A DNA stretch of 64,000 nucleotides, from the NCBI GenBank assembly GCA_036172245.1, contig JAYWIR010000025.1:744001-808000 (forward strand), written 5' to 3'. Made by a program: the position numbers and the translations under genes. Each line of letters opens with the position of its first letter. The stretch's first letter is position 1. Under the pieces are notes generated by a model. It saw only the letters and a list, made by a program, of their open reading frames with translations, was not told the origin of the DNA and ran no database searches. Origin of the DNA: Raillietiella orientalis (lineage: Eukaryota). Positions 36,069 to 49,289 of the stretch are shown one piece after another.

Positions 36069-39000
36069 TTCAAGGAGTATTTCGCGGTCACTATCCTGTT
36101 CTCTGTTTTTCGTCGCGGCTGCTGTAGTCATCTTCGTCTACCGCAGGCACCCGTAGCCCCGGGGAAACTCAGAGACCTCATGTCGAGGGCGTGGTCCTGA
36201 AACCGACTGACTCCGCCACACTTCCGTCGACCTCCCGCAAGCAGCCGCACCGAGTCGGACCGGAGACGTAGGAGGAAAAACGATTAGGAGACTGTTGGTC
36301 ACTCCTGAAAGCTCGCGCCGACCATCGCGAAGGGATTCTTTCCCTTGGTCGGCACACCTCGGGTCTTCAAGCACTTCCTCGGAGACTCTGCCGCCTCGCC
36401 CACCTTCCGCGAGGTCTCCTGTAGATGCGAATGCTGCAAGCAGTAGCAACCAGCGCAGGCGTTTCTCCCTCGTTGCTGGGCAGAAGCGGGATCTTATGCT
36501 TTTCGTCACCGCCTCAGCGCCTAAAGAGAGCAGCGGCATTCAGGGAAAGCGTCCAGCAAATGGCCAACCAAGGGGCGCCTTCGGATCGAAGACTGCTGCG
36601 AACGTTTCGTAGGTGGGTCGCTGAGCTTCGGAGAGCCGAGGCGTCCACGTGCTCCCGCCTTGTCATTGGCGGCAATGCTTCAGGGAGAAAGGACTCTTCC
36701 CTCTGGCGACTGGCATTCAGGCAAGGGCAAGGCGGATCTTCGCCCTGCTCTTGCCTGGATGGCAGTTCGAGTCTTCAGAAGAAGACAGATTTGTGTGCAG
36801 ACGACATCGCCTTCTGATATCGATGGAGTGGGGCCTCCCCCTGAGCGGCAAAGCTGCACGCTGGAACACCATACTGAGTTTTTGCTGGGAAGTGGATGAG
36901 GGTGAGACGGTGGCACCAGGAGCCGTTGCCGGCTCCCGCTGCAGCATCCGCCTTCGGGAAAAGCTCACAGATTCAATTCTCCGCTCGGCACGTTCCCGAA
37001 ATTTGTCAGAAGGAAGAATGGCAGTCGCTTGCAGAGCGCCTTCGAGCCCCTTTGAACGCTCGACTCAGTGGGAGTGAGCCGCTTGGCCATCTGGTGGTTG
37101 CGATGGCTCACAGACGTTCTAGATAAAATGCCGTGGTCCAGATTTGGCTGACCTAGAGCTCGGCGACCGACCTGCCCCAATGGAGATGACCAGAAACGAT
37201 GAGAAAGGCCATCAGTATCCCATCTGCGAATGCAGGCTCCGCAACAGTGTCGATTTCCCATCTTTTCCATGTTCCGTGAAGAAACCTCGGTCCCTCGGTA
37301 AGGATGCAGCGGCCGTTAACCTGGACAGTGCTCCCAGCACCCCCGACGACCTTCCACCAAGTCACGCGGATTGCCCCGATAGCCGCCCACCCACTCCCAG
37401 TCGGAAGGATGGGGTTCCCGCGCGGCTGGCAAAGACCTCGAGGTCATCGAGCTTTCCACCGTTCCGTGAGGGGAGCTCCGCCCCCTGCTGCATCGTACTC
37501 GACCCGCCTGAGCCATGCGGGTCCATGTCCCCATGTCGAAGTCTTCGCTCTTTGACACTTCTTCTTGACTTCTTGGCTTGGATTGACTTGGGGTGGCTAG
37601 CCAAAGACGAGCATACCTTCGCAGACCCGGACGGGATCGACTTGCACTTGGCCATGACAACGATTTCCCATGTCAGCGAGTCTGTGTGGTCGGTATCGCT
37701 GGTTCCAGGAAAGAAGGTCCAATGATGATGAGGCAGAAAGGCAGAGTTCCCGAGATGTCCACGAGGTGCAAACCGAATGAAGCGATGGCAGCACCGCGAA
37801 GGAGAAAGTCACCATAATTGCAGCTGATGACGAAACCATTACAAGGATCGACTTCGGCATCCCAGGTACAGAGTGACGAGTGGCGAGGGATTTGCCTCTT
37901 TCATCGAGAGAAGCGGTCGACAGTGAGACACCCATCCATGTTACGGCGAAGCCGTTGCCAACGGCAGCGACCTGTTCTCTCGGGCATCAGCCAGCCAGCC
38001 AGCCATCGCCGTCGAGATCAGCGTCTCCGGCCACAACGTCCGGAAGAATTCGCCCCCTTTCTTGGTAAAGGCACCCTCTGACTCGCCCCAGGATTCGATC
38101 CTTTGCTGCCCCGCCGCTGGGACAGAGCACTTCTGGTTGTTCTTCTCACCCGGAGCAGGGAACCTTAGAGCTCCCTTTCTTCGCAGCTTCCGTAAGAGAA
38201 AAATCTCCAGAAGAAATGCAGTTTCCTCCGCACAGCTGGGAATCCGTGCAACCTTGGGGTCGGCTTCCGCTCTTTACTGAGAGAAATACGCTCTCCCGGG
38301 TAAGGGGAAGATGAAGCCGCCAGCAGGAGCGCGCGTCACCTCAGACCCCGGACCCCTTCTCATTGAGGGGCGAGCGGGATCTGCTCCGAGCAGCAAGCAC
38401 CCTTCCCCTTCGCAGCGGCAAAGTGTGGGGGCGCATCCCTCCTGCACCCCCTCATCTCTATTGCCTCGGGCTCCCCTGAGAGCAGGGAACGCAACGTTCC
38501 CTGCCCTCAGGCGCCCTCGCGTGAGCACTCCTGCAGGCAGCCGACGCCTACGCAAAAGGTCGCGCAGAAGAAAGCTCGTTAGGGAGAGGAGGAGGAGAGC
38601 GGAAAGACCCCTCTCCTCCCTCCCAGCCGCGTCTTCCAACCGCCTAAAATCCTTGTTCTTCGCCAGGGAAACGTCCATGGGAAGCGGCTGGCAACCCTCG
38701 CCCTTTGGCGATGGGCCACGCGGCCTTCCTGACGCTCCGTGTTGTCAACGGGACGTGCGCATGCGGATGAGAGCCCGTGCCGACCCGCCCCCTGAAAACG
38801 CCGCGGACGCATCTGCTCCCCTTCCTCCCTCAGACGGGGTTCCCGCACTCCTTCCGTACTGGAGGGCAGAAAGTAGTGCGGCCCCTCCCCAGTGCAGACC
38901 GACCGTCTGCTGCGGGGTGCGACCCTCCAGAGAAGCGCGGAGTGCGTCGATCGTCCCTTCGATTCTGGCGCTGACCCCGAGATGACCACTTCGTAGTCCT

Positions 39001-39996
39001 CCAAGCGCTGCACATAGTTCCGATCTCGTCGAACTCTCCGGCCCAGAGGGTGCTCCGGTCTTCTTCTTCCCGCCTCCTTCTGACCTCCCTCCGAGAAAGG
39101 AGGGGAGCAGGAAGAAACGGCACGGTTGAGATGACTCCAGAGCGCATTCCCCTTTGTCCCTCCTTTTCCCACACCGGGTTCTTCGGGCGGGCAGAGCGCA
39201 CAAGGCGACGTCGGCCTTCGCTTCCCGGCAGCCCGCTGCTTGCGCGTCCCCTCCAGATGATGACGACGAGGTCGCGGAGCCGGCGAGCGGAACGCTTGCC
39301 GTCCCTGCGACCTCGAGGGGCGCTCGAGGCGCCTCAGCTGACCAATGGCTGACTCGCGAGCCAAGGAATTCTTCCCGACGGCCTCCTCCTCCTCCTTCTT
39401 CGGCCGCCTTCTCGGGAGTCCCTCCGTTTCAGGGCCCATCGCCACTCCCAGTCGCCCGCGCCGCGAGCTCCGAGCTTGAACGCTGCCGCCGTTGCTGCCG
39501 CGCCGGACGACGAGCGGCTCCCCTTCGAGGAGGACACGCGCTCCCGAGGCGGAGAAGCCCCACCGCAGGGTGAGGGAGGAAGAGGGGACGGGCGGAAGGG
39601 CAGCCGGAGGGGCGCCGCTGTCCGCCTCTCTTCCCCTCCTTTCCTCCTGCCTTCGCCGGAAGCGAAGGGGAGAGTGAAGAGGAGCGAAGGATCCAGAGGG
39701 CCGATCCCGAGCCAGTCGGCCATGGAATGGACCGAGGCGGACGCGGAGAGAGGAGGAGGCGACCCGGAGGCGGCCGCCCGTTCCGCGGGAGTTGCTGGCA
39801 GGGTGCAGGGCAACCCTTCCGCGGCAGCGTCGCCAGCCAATGTCTCTGGAGGGACCGCCCGCTTCAAGGAGTGCTTCGCAGTCACCGTCCTGTTCTTCGT
39901 TGCGATCGCCGTCATCATCTTCGTCTACCGCAGGCGTCCGTAGCCCCGGGAAACCCCAAGGACCTCACTCCGAAGGCATGGGCCCTGGACCGACTC
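36069..39996 (+). repeat. Two diverged copies of a ~135-bp element at 36069-36208 and 39863-39996
   Basis: Both read TTCAAGGAGT..TTCGC.GTCAC..TCCTGTTC...CATCTTCGTCTACCGCAGGC..CCGTAGCCCCGGG.AA...GACCTCA...GGC.TGG.CCTG. Confidence 0.8.
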
Positions 39997-42900
39997 CCCG
40001 CGCCTCCGTCCGCCTCCCACAAGGAGCCACAACACGACCTATTCGGACGGACTGGAGGTGGGGAAGGGACAGCGACGAGGACGTGACGGACCAGCGCTTG
40101 CCCCGAGGCGCGCGACCACGCCGCCAGAGGAGCAGCGGAAGAGAGAAAGAAAGGGTGAAGAGGAAAGAAATAAAAGGGAAGAGGAGGAGGAAGGACAAGA
40201 TGACGGTTCGAGTGGGAGACGGGCGAAGGAGAGGGGGGGCAGATCAGGAGAGACGAAGGACCCCGAGTCCCATGCTAGGCTCTGCGGGGCGCTGGGAAAG
40301 GTGAGGAGTCACGTGGCCCGACCTCCCCGTTTCCACTGATTCTGGTCTTTCCCTGATAGCTTCCAGGAAGAGGTCCGCTTCCGTTTCGCGCCATCTGCTT
40401 CCTGAAGAGGCGACCCGTCAGCCGCCCAAGGCAGCGTCGCTCTTCTCGCCCCTACGTTTCGCGTTCTCATTCGGACCCCAGCAGCGACCGCCAAGGGCTA
40501 CGTCCTCCTCCCTCTCCCTTCCTTCCGGGAAGGGAAAGCCCCTCAGCCGCTCGTCTCCGTCGCGACGGCCCCACGACATGCGCGGAGCGCTCGGTTGGGC
40601 GGTTTCGTCGTTGACCCCTACAGAGGGTCGAGGAGAGGTGGGACCCACCCAATCCCCCTTCCCATGCAGCTGGAGAGTGCGGTGTCCCATCGATGGGAAG
40701 CGCGGGCGGCGTTCTCTGTTTCTCCCATCCCTCAGATTCCCGGCATCCCCACGGACGCTCCACGGCAAGGAGGTGGCGGAGGAGTACTCCAAGGAAGGCT
40801 GCGTCCTTCCTCCCTTCCTTCCATCTCGCCTGCAAGGAGCGGGAGAGTCCCGGAAAATCTTAGGATCTCGTGGGAAGCCGGGAAGGAACGAGGAGAAAGG
40901 CGGGACCTCTTCAGGGAAGGAAAGCTCGGAGCCCTACGATGACCCGGTCCGCTCCACCCCTTGCGGAGGATCTGCTTTTTTTTGCGTGCGCGCGCTCTTA
41001 GCGAGAGAGAGAAGGGAGTGGGCGAACGGAGAGCGCTCAGTGACGTGAATGACCAGTCCCTTTGGCGGAAGGGAGCGCGCTCGGCTGCATTTCCCCGTAA
41101 GAGGAGCTGGGGAGACGCTGGGGTGCCGGAAGCAGACGTGACTTCTGGAGCCGCCTCCCCCTCGAGAGCGGCTGACCCTTCGCCCGCCCTTCCCTGCGCT
41201 CGCCGGTGGAGATCCACTCGTCCTCGTGGGGACGCCGAGGAGCTCGCAAGAGGGCGGAAAGAGGGGAGGAGAGGAGAGGGATGCGGATGCCCTCCGGGAA
41301 TCCTCTGGGGGAGACGCCAGCCTCCCCGCCTCGCGAAGGGTGTTGCCCCCAGAGGGGAAAGGGGACGCAAATACTTCCTGGAACGCACTCCGGCTGGAAG
41401 GCCGGACGAATCAGCAACGGCGTCCGTCCAGGCGGGTCATCCCCGAGGAGAACGCGCCGGCGTTCTTCCAGGGGCTCAGCACCGGGCGGGGTCGCCTGTG
41501 CTCCGGGGTCCCCGCCCCGTTTCGAGGACAGCAGGCGGAAGGGTGCGGTGCGCACTGGTGAAGTGGACCCTCTCCTTGACTCAGAGGGTGCCCTCTGGGC
41601 TCCCTCTCCTGGAGGGGGGAGGAGGAAGGGAAAAAAACCTTCGCGTGCTCCGAGTTCCCTCAAGGTCTCTTCCTTCCTTCTTTCCCTCCCGCCCGCGAGT
41701 CGGGACCTGCTCTTCACAGCAGAGTTCGCCGTGCCTCTAGCGGGCTCGCTCTGAAACACCCACCCGCGCGCGTTGTGCCTCGCCTGGCTCGGCGCGGTCG
41801 CACGTCTCCCCGTCTGCCTTGCCTGTCCGTCTGAAGGAACGCACGCACGCCGACCGCGTCCCTGACCTCTGGACTCGTCACTCCTTCCTTTCTCTGATTC
41901 TCCCTAAGGGGTTCCTGAAGGCAACCCCCGAGAAACGGCGAGCGAAGACGGGGAGGGCACCGTTCCGACAGGAAGGAAGGGAGATGTGTAAGTCTCTCAG
42001 CTGAGTCCGGGAACAGCAAGGGGGAGGGAGACGACCCCTTCCCTCGAAGAGTGTTTGCCCCCCACCGCCATCTCGGAGACGCTGCCAGTCCGACCAGCCG
42101 GAGAAAGAAGGGAAGAAGACACCTCCCGGGTCGGGGTCAACTTCCGGAATGCTCCCTTCCACCCGTCCTTCCCCGGCGAACAAAAAGAGCACCCCTCCAC
42201 CTCCTTCCCCATTCTTATTGCTCTTCGAGACGCGGCGGCTGGGGAGCAGCAGCAGCTGCTGCGGCAGCTGCAGCGACAGACCGATTTTTTTTTTTTTTCG
42301 GAGGGGGGGGAGAGGATTTAATTGCCAGCGTCCCCGTGGGGAGGCGCGGCTTCCTCTGCCTCCCTTCCCCTCTCCTTCTTTCCCCTCTCTCCCTTTTCCC
42401 AGTGCGAACGACCCCTCTCGTTCCCCAGATGGCCACCTGGCAGCGAGAGGGGTCGTTCGCACGCGCGCTCCGGGCGCTGCGGGAAACGGGCTGATGTCAG
42501 GAGCACCGAAACTCCCCCGCCGCCTCTTCTTCCCTTGCGGTCTTGGGGGGCGCTCGGCCGAGCATCTGGCAGCCGCGTGCCCCGGCGGCTGCTTCCGGGG
42601 CGGAAGGGCGGTGGGAGGGCCCTCCCTCCGGACCCTGCCGTTGGACGCTCCCCTTCCCCCGTCCACCGCCTCATTGGGCGGCTTCCGGGAGACGGCTCAG
42701 CTGCTACCGGTGCTCCCGTAAGGGCAGGAGGCGCAGCGCGGCCTCCAGAAGGAACAGCGACCGGGCGGCGATGGACGTCGGTGGCGCTCCCTGCGCCCGC
42801 GGATTCCACCTCCTCCCGCGGAGCGCCTGGGTGCCCTCCGAGCAGTGGAGAAGGCTCGGCCTGGAAGAGGACGGCGGCCCCGGCCCGAAAGGGGGCCTCC

Positions 42901-44924
42901 TGCACTCCCTGTACCGCGGTTGCGACCTCCACTACCGACCACACGTCCTCGCCGCCCTTCGCCGTTGGCCCGCGGTGCCGCCGCGGGAGGAGAGTGAGGC
43001 TGCTGCAGGCGTCTTCACGCCTGGAGGCGGTGACCCGCGAGGCGTGTGAGCTGCCTTGACCCACCCAATGCGAGAGTGGCCGACCCGGAGGTGCTTCTCG
43101 AGGACAAGGAGACCTTTCCCTGAAGTCCCCGCTCCTCAAGCCAAGACGAGTTCGTGTCCCCAGCCGTTCCGTCCACCCACGCCCTATGGCAAATAAAACA
43201 AGATGGAGCCTCCTAAGGATGTGTTGTGCTTCCTTTCGCGTCTCCAACGGAGCCCATGGGCATTTCAGGTGCGCGCAGTAGGGGCACGCACCTTCGCGCG
43301 CGCAAGTTGGCGGCGTTCGCGCTGCGCACGTCCACGTGTGTTCACGCACGTGGCTTGTTGTTGTTGTTAGAACGTGGAGAAGCGCGCGGCACGCGTGGGA
43401 ACGGGTTCAGCTCCCGCGTCCGCACGCGTGCACATCTCGGCGAATGCACTTGTCCATGTGGATTGTGTGAGCATCCCAGCGAGCGAGAGCTTGCAAAATT
43501 GCGGGCGCGCATGCGCACACGCGAGCGTGGGGTATAAGGGTGGGGCACAGAGTCCGTACGTGCCCGTACGCGCGCGAGCGCGCTCGGCACCATGGATTTG
43601 CGCGCGCGTTATCCGTGCGAACACAGATGCGCGCAGGCGCCGCGCAAGAGGGCAGATGCGCTCTCGGAAGGAGAGGCACCGGAGGCAGTCTGCTGCCAGA
43701 GTCCCTTTCCGGTCACGCGCGTCCCCATGGCGTTTTATCCGTGTAACCCTCCTCCGCGCGTCTCTTACCCTCAGGAAGTCGGAGAGGGAGCGAAAGGATC
43801 CTCGAAGTCGACGCCCGACCACCTACGGACGCCCACCAGAGTCTGGGAGAGGAAGGTGCGCGCCCTAGCAGCACCCGAGCCACGCTTCCTCCTCTCAGCC
43901 ACCCCCTACCCCAAGGGAGCGGACAGGATCCGCGAGAACGGGGGCGCCAATGCGAGAGTTCGGCCATCCTTCTCCAAGGTACCTCGAGACCTGTCCCCGG
44001 GATGGGTCGCTCCTCCCCCACCATCCGCCCGCTATCTGCCTCCGCGACTTCCCCAGCGTCCTGCTGGCGCTGCGTTGCCAGCGCGGTGGGAGCAGGGCCG
44101 GGTGTCCTCCAGCGGCACCGCATGCTCTCACCTCGGGTTGCGGCCACTGCCTGCTCGCAGAGAACCACCACCAGCCGCCCTCACCCTACAGCCCCCCACG
44201 CTGCCCTCTTGCCCCTCCTACTTCGGCAGCGGCGGCTTCCTGGAGAGGACGGCGACCCTCCACGTCGGCGCCCTTCCGTGCAACCATTCAGAGACCGCGT
44301 TTTTTTTCCCCCCGTCCCCTCCCAGTGCCTCCTGCAGGGAACATCGGCAAGGCTTCCAGGGAAGCGACCTCTCCGTTGGCCCTCCTGAAACAGCGCCTCC
44401 GAGCCCTCCGGCGCCTTCATCGCGCGCCGGTTTCGGGTCGACTCGCAGGAGCCACCTCCAGATCGCCTCGGGAAAGGCAGTCGCTTCCTCTTCGTCCCGG
44501 ACGTCCTGGCTCCCTGAAAGCAAGCAAGCGCGAGTGCGCAGGTGTCCTGTAAGAAGGCAGGAGGTTGACGAGCCGGGAGGAAAGCAGGCGCACGTGCATC
44601 GGCCAAGAGTAGCCCACCCGCGGTGCACTCCATGTGCGGCCGCGCGCTCCGACGAGCGGCCTGGAGAAAGGAAGGCGACTCGGGAACGACGCCGGCATCG
44701 ACGTCCACAACGTAGCGTCAGAGATGGTGCTTCCCCAGCGACGCCTCCACGAGCTCCGACCCACGCCCGAACAAGTTGGCAGCCCCCCCACTACTAGCAT
44801 CGGATCGCAGAGCCACTTCGTTTACCTGTTAACAGACACCAGCGGCGCAAGTTTGCCCCGTTTATTAATCCTAGAAGCAACGGGAACTTCCTGCTAGGAC
44901 CGCTGGGATCCAAGGATAGCAACG

Positions 44925-45480
44925 GTCAGCATCGTTAGTAGCTTCGTAGTATCAAATCATAGCAGGGATAAGTGGCATTGGAAGATTCTTTAGTATACAA
45001 TGCTAGTGATGGTCAGTTTCGATATCGATGATATCGCTATTAGCTTCGTTAGTATCCAATGATAGCAGAGATTAGTAGCTAGTAGCATTATTAGTTTTCT
45101 TAGTAACCGATGCCAGTGATGGTCAGTATCGTTAGTAGCTTTGTTAGTACCAGTGTTAGCACAGATTAGTAGCGTTAATAGTGTTTTTTAGCATAAAATG
45201 CTAGTGATGGTCAGTATCATTAGTAGCTTTGTTAGTACCAGTGTTAGCACAGATTAGTAGCGTTGGTAGTTTTTTTTTTTGGCATAAAATGCTAGTGATG
45301 GTCAGTATCGTTAGTAGCTTCGTTAGTACGCAATGCTAGCAATGATCAGCACAGTTAGTAGCTTCGTTAGTATCCATTACTCGTGAAAGTCAGTATCGTT
45401 AGTAGTTTCGCGAAAGTTGAGTGCTAGCAAGTGTCGATGTTTACAAGTATGTTTGTTAGTACCTACTGCTAGTAGTGATT
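44925..45480. repeat. AT-rich, strand-biased minisatellite; ~44-bp subunits forming ~88-91-bp higher-order units
   Basis: GATGGTCAGTATC(G/A)TTAGTAGCTT(T/C)GTTAGTAC recurs at 45118, 45206 and 45297, with degenerate copies at ~44925, 45008, 45345 and 45390. Confidence 0.85.
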
Positions 45481-45824
45481 GTGCGTTGCAATGTGCAAAA
45501 GTATCTGTGGAATTTCTAATGGCTGAGTATTCGTTTGCGATTTTGTTCAGTGCATTTTTCTATAAGTGGCGGCATCAGGAAACCTTGGTGGTCACGGCTG
45601 TCGTGGTGGTCAGTGTTTTTTTTCGATTGCAGCCATTGCAGTTCGCGTTCTCTGTTGCCTTCCGTCGGCGGCGGTTGAGCAGCAGGCACTGCACCGACTG
45701 TCTGTCCGTATTTCGCATCATCCGTTGCTGCTAGCAACCCCTCGCGGATCAGCAGGTTTCGTGCGCTGCAAACTCGGGTGAGTGATCGGCTCCCTGAGCA
45801 CACGGCGTTGACGACTGTTCGTTG

Positions 45825-45887
45825 ACACAGCAAAAGTTCAGTTTAAAAACATGTTTGGGGGGGGGGGGGGGCGAAGGGAAGGGATCA
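45825..45887 (+). repeat. Family B repeat end containing a G-run (copy 1)
   Basis: ACACAGCAAAAGTTCAGTTTAAAAACATGTTT-G(n)-CGAAGGGAAGGGATCA, near identical to 49022-49083. Confidence 0.85.
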
Positions 45888-48271
45888 GCGTGAGCCGCCG
45901 TTGCTGGGGAGCAACGCGTCTGCTTGCTCCCTCCCTCCCGCCATATCTCGAGTCGCCGGGAACAACGGCGAGCATGGGGGAGATTACGAGGTGATGAAGT
46001 CGGGAACGGAGGTGATGAAAAGGATGGCAAGGACGGCTAATTGGTCACCGGAGGGGATCGCTCAGGCAGCACCGGAGGCGCGACGAGGCTGTGGCTGCCA
46101 GCCAGGGGAGAAAACTCCCGTCTCACCGAGAGCTCTGCCGGCTCCTGGCTGTGAGCGCTTTTTTTTTTCTTTCTTCCTTTTCAAGAACAGCGGGAGAAGG
46201 TCGGCGGGACTTTAGTCGTGGCAGCCGCAAAGGGGATGGGAAAGAAACACGGACGGAAGGAGCGAGGGAGCGGTGAGACCGCGTGCGAATGCAGATCCGG
46301 GGAGGGATTGGAAGAGACCTGAATGAGCCCCCCCAGCGGAGCCTCCTCCTGACGAGAGTGCCTCCGGGAATCATGCGGGGGGAGGGCGGTGTCCGGTGCC
46401 ACCCGGACGCATTTTCTTCTGCTTCCGGGGAGATGTGGTCTCAAGAATGGACGGTCATCCCGAAGGACGCGCGACCACCGTGGACGCACCTTTTCGGGAA
46501 GGGTGAGAGGAAGGGAGGGATTGTTTGGCGCCTCCAGCGACCGCGGGGGGAGGAGGGATAGGCGTCGCGGTCGGCGTGCAGCAGGGGCAGCTTCCTCCTT
46601 CTCCTCTGGGAGGGGAGCGAAAAGAGCAAGCGGCGTTCGGACGGGTGCGTCCTCCCGCAGGAGTACTCGACGCCCGGAGCGCGCGGAAGACTCATGGTTC
46701 CACCCGGAGAAGAGGGGTCGGAGGATCGGAGGCAGGGCCACACGGCATTCGGACGCCCCAGGGCTTCCGGCATCCAACTGATCCTGCCTCGAAGCAGACG
46801 GCACGCGGGCCAGCGACCTCCCCTGCCGCGCACGGAGGCGGAAGCAGTGAGGTTCCTCCGAAGGCAGGGAATGCGCTCCCCCTTCTCCCTTGCGCGCGCG
46901 CGCTGCACCCCCCACCCCCACCCTCACGGAATTACGTGAGGATCAAAGCGCGTTCGCCATCCTGGGTCCCCCCACTCTGGGAGGCGGACCACGTCGCCCG
47001 CGGTTCCTTTCCTCTTTTTCCTGCCGCTCTCGAGCGAAAAGGCGAAACCGTCGCGTTTCCTTGGAAACCCGAGACCTTTCCGCGAGAGGCGCGGAGCTCG
47101 CCATCGTGTCGCTCCAGCGACGCTGTAGGCGTGGAGGGCCGCGGCCACGAGAGGCCGGAAGCGGCGAGCTGCGCGGGGACCACCACCCTCGCTAGAAGGC
47201 ACGGAAGAGAACCTGCTGAGCCCGGAAGCGGGGGCGCGGCCATCGTTATGGAAAGGGTTGTTGCTGCTGTTTCTGCTGCCCGCGCCCACAGCGAACTCAA
47301 ACCTGACAGGAACTCACGATCAGAAATCCCTTCTACATCCGTCCTTCTCCGTCTTTCCTGGGTCCTGGCTCGCTTCTGATGAGTCGCCGGTGCCACCTTC
47401 CTTCCGCCACAGATCCGGACCCGGTGCCTTTCTCCTACTCGCCCCCGCGCGCCTTCGTGAGAGCCAGCGAGGAAGGCGCGCGGCGCGCACACTTCCGCAC
47501 TTCCCGGCACGCGAACACGTCCACTCCCTGCGCGCATCCCTGCAGACCTCCCTCGCCGCCGCCGCCGCCGCTCCCCTACTCCTCCTCTGTGCCGAAACCC
47601 GCGGGGAAGGGGAAATGGCCACGCGATGCCGACTGTTCTGGGGGGAAAACACCCTCTTCGGCTTACACAGAGCATCCCGCATTATCTCTGCGCCACGAGA
47701 GGAGCAGCTGCAAGGCGGCAGGTGGTCGACAGAGTGCCACCAGCGCCGACAACGACCGCATCTCTCGATCCTCACGGGGTATGCAGGCAGCGGGGGCGTC
47801 GTCGTCGTCGTCATGGTGTCCAGACCCTGGTTTCCACCTCTTCCTCCGGACCAGGAGCGCAGGGAAGGAAGAAGGAGAAGGGAAGGCAGGAGTAGGCCCT
47901 GCAGGAGGTAAACGCCGCGCTCCGACGATAGTCCCCTGGGCTCTTGGAGGAATCAGCCGGAATGGAGGCTCAATGCGGCTCAGGTCCTGCCGAGGCGCAA
48001 AGCCCCCTATCCGGAACTCGCCCCCCCCCCCGCCTCCCTGCTGCTGCTTCTACGACACCCACTTTTTTCCTACTCTCGATTTCGCGGAGGGCTCCATCCA
48101 GGGGGCTCCGTAATCTCGGCGACCGTTGCCAGGAGGGAAAGGCCACGTGACTGCTCTCCTGCTTTCGCTGGAATTGTCTTTTTGTTTCCCTTTTTTGCTT
48201 CCTCAGGCGTTCAGTATCCTTGACCATTCGGGTCACGTGTCCCCTTTTTCTTCCTCTTCGTCTTCTTTTTC

Positions 48272-48299
48272 TTCTCTCTCTCTCTCTCTCTCTCTCTCT
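48272..48299. repeat. (CT)n microsatellite
   Basis: Direct reading of the tctctc run. Confidence 0.9.
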
Positions 48300-48829
48300 T
48301 TGTTTCCGGTGCCCCCTCTGCAGAGACCGCCGCAGAATCGCGCGCGTGGAAACACTTCCGGCAGCTTCCAGCGGAGCGGAAAGCTTCAAGCACCGGCGCC
48401 TCCCGAAACTCTCGCTGAACGAATTTTTGGCGAGAAGGGGGGGAAGGAAGAGGAGGAGGAGGAGGAAGGAGAGATGTCGAGAAAAAATTACCGAACGGGT
48501 TCCCTAGAAAGGACTTCCCCCAAGGAAGAACGAACTGTCTCCTCGAATCCCGGTCTGACCGCATCTGGGAGGAAGGAGGATGACCCAGCAATCGGGGGGG
48601 GGCGCCTCGAAGGAGGCTATCGGCACGCTCTCAGAGCGATGGGGGGGGGGGGCGGCAGAGGACACTACCAGACACCAGCAGCACAAAAGAGGGGATGACG
48701 AGAAGCAGGAAGACGGAGGGTGGGAACATGCACCTGAGCGAGGAGGTCCATGACTACCATCTTGTCAGGTTGATCAGCTATAGTCGCGGTTCTGCCTGAA
48801 CCACTCCTCCATCCTTTATTTTCTCCCGA

Positions 48830-49083
48830 TCACGCCGGAGCGTTTATTGTAAAAAAAAAAAAACATGAAATACAAGCATGTCTTTCTTCGTGGTGGTTTC
48901 ACTTCGTGGCACCACTGCGAAGGGAAATGCCGCCTCAGAGGCGCTTCTTCTCATGAGCAGCTCCCCCGATGAGGTCCTCACAGAAGTGGGGGAAGGGAGT
49001 AAACAAAAACAAAAAACATACACACAGCAAAAGTTCAGTTTAAAAATATGTTTGGGGGGGGGGGGGGGCAAGGGAAGGAATCA
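48830..49083 (+). repeat. Family B repeat, longer copy; weakly homologous to 35222-35445 on the minus strand
   Basis: Starts TCACGCCGGAGCGTTTATTGTAAAAAA (cf. minus strand from 35445: TCACGCCGGGACGTTTATTTATAAAAAA) and ends with the ACACAGCAAAAGTTCAG...G(n)...AAGGAATCA block shared with 45825. Confidence 0.6.
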
Positions 49084-49191
49084 CAGCTTTCTTCCTGGCA
49101 TCCCCAGCGTCTTCTAGAGGATGTTGACAACTTCCTTCTCCTTTTGTTGGCAGAGATGTGGCCATCTAGTTCTCCTTCCTCCATCCTTTAC

Positions 49192-49245
49192 GGAAATTCG
49201 AACCCGCAACGCATGATACCACGTGCAGAGACCGCAGCCACACTG
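49192..49245 (-). mobile_element. SINE family A, isolated tRNA-like head
   Basis: Minus strand reads GTGGCTGCGGTCTCTGCACGTGGTATCATGCGTTGCGGGTTCGAATTTCC, matching 20133-20182. Confidence 0.6.
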
Positions 49246-49289
49246 CTGCCGACGCGGGCGGTTCCCCTCCGAAGAAGAAACGAGGAACG

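Noticed and set aside
44925..45480. CRISPR-like array
   Set aside because: Units are tandem with no unique spacers, the context is eukaryotic and there are no cas genes.
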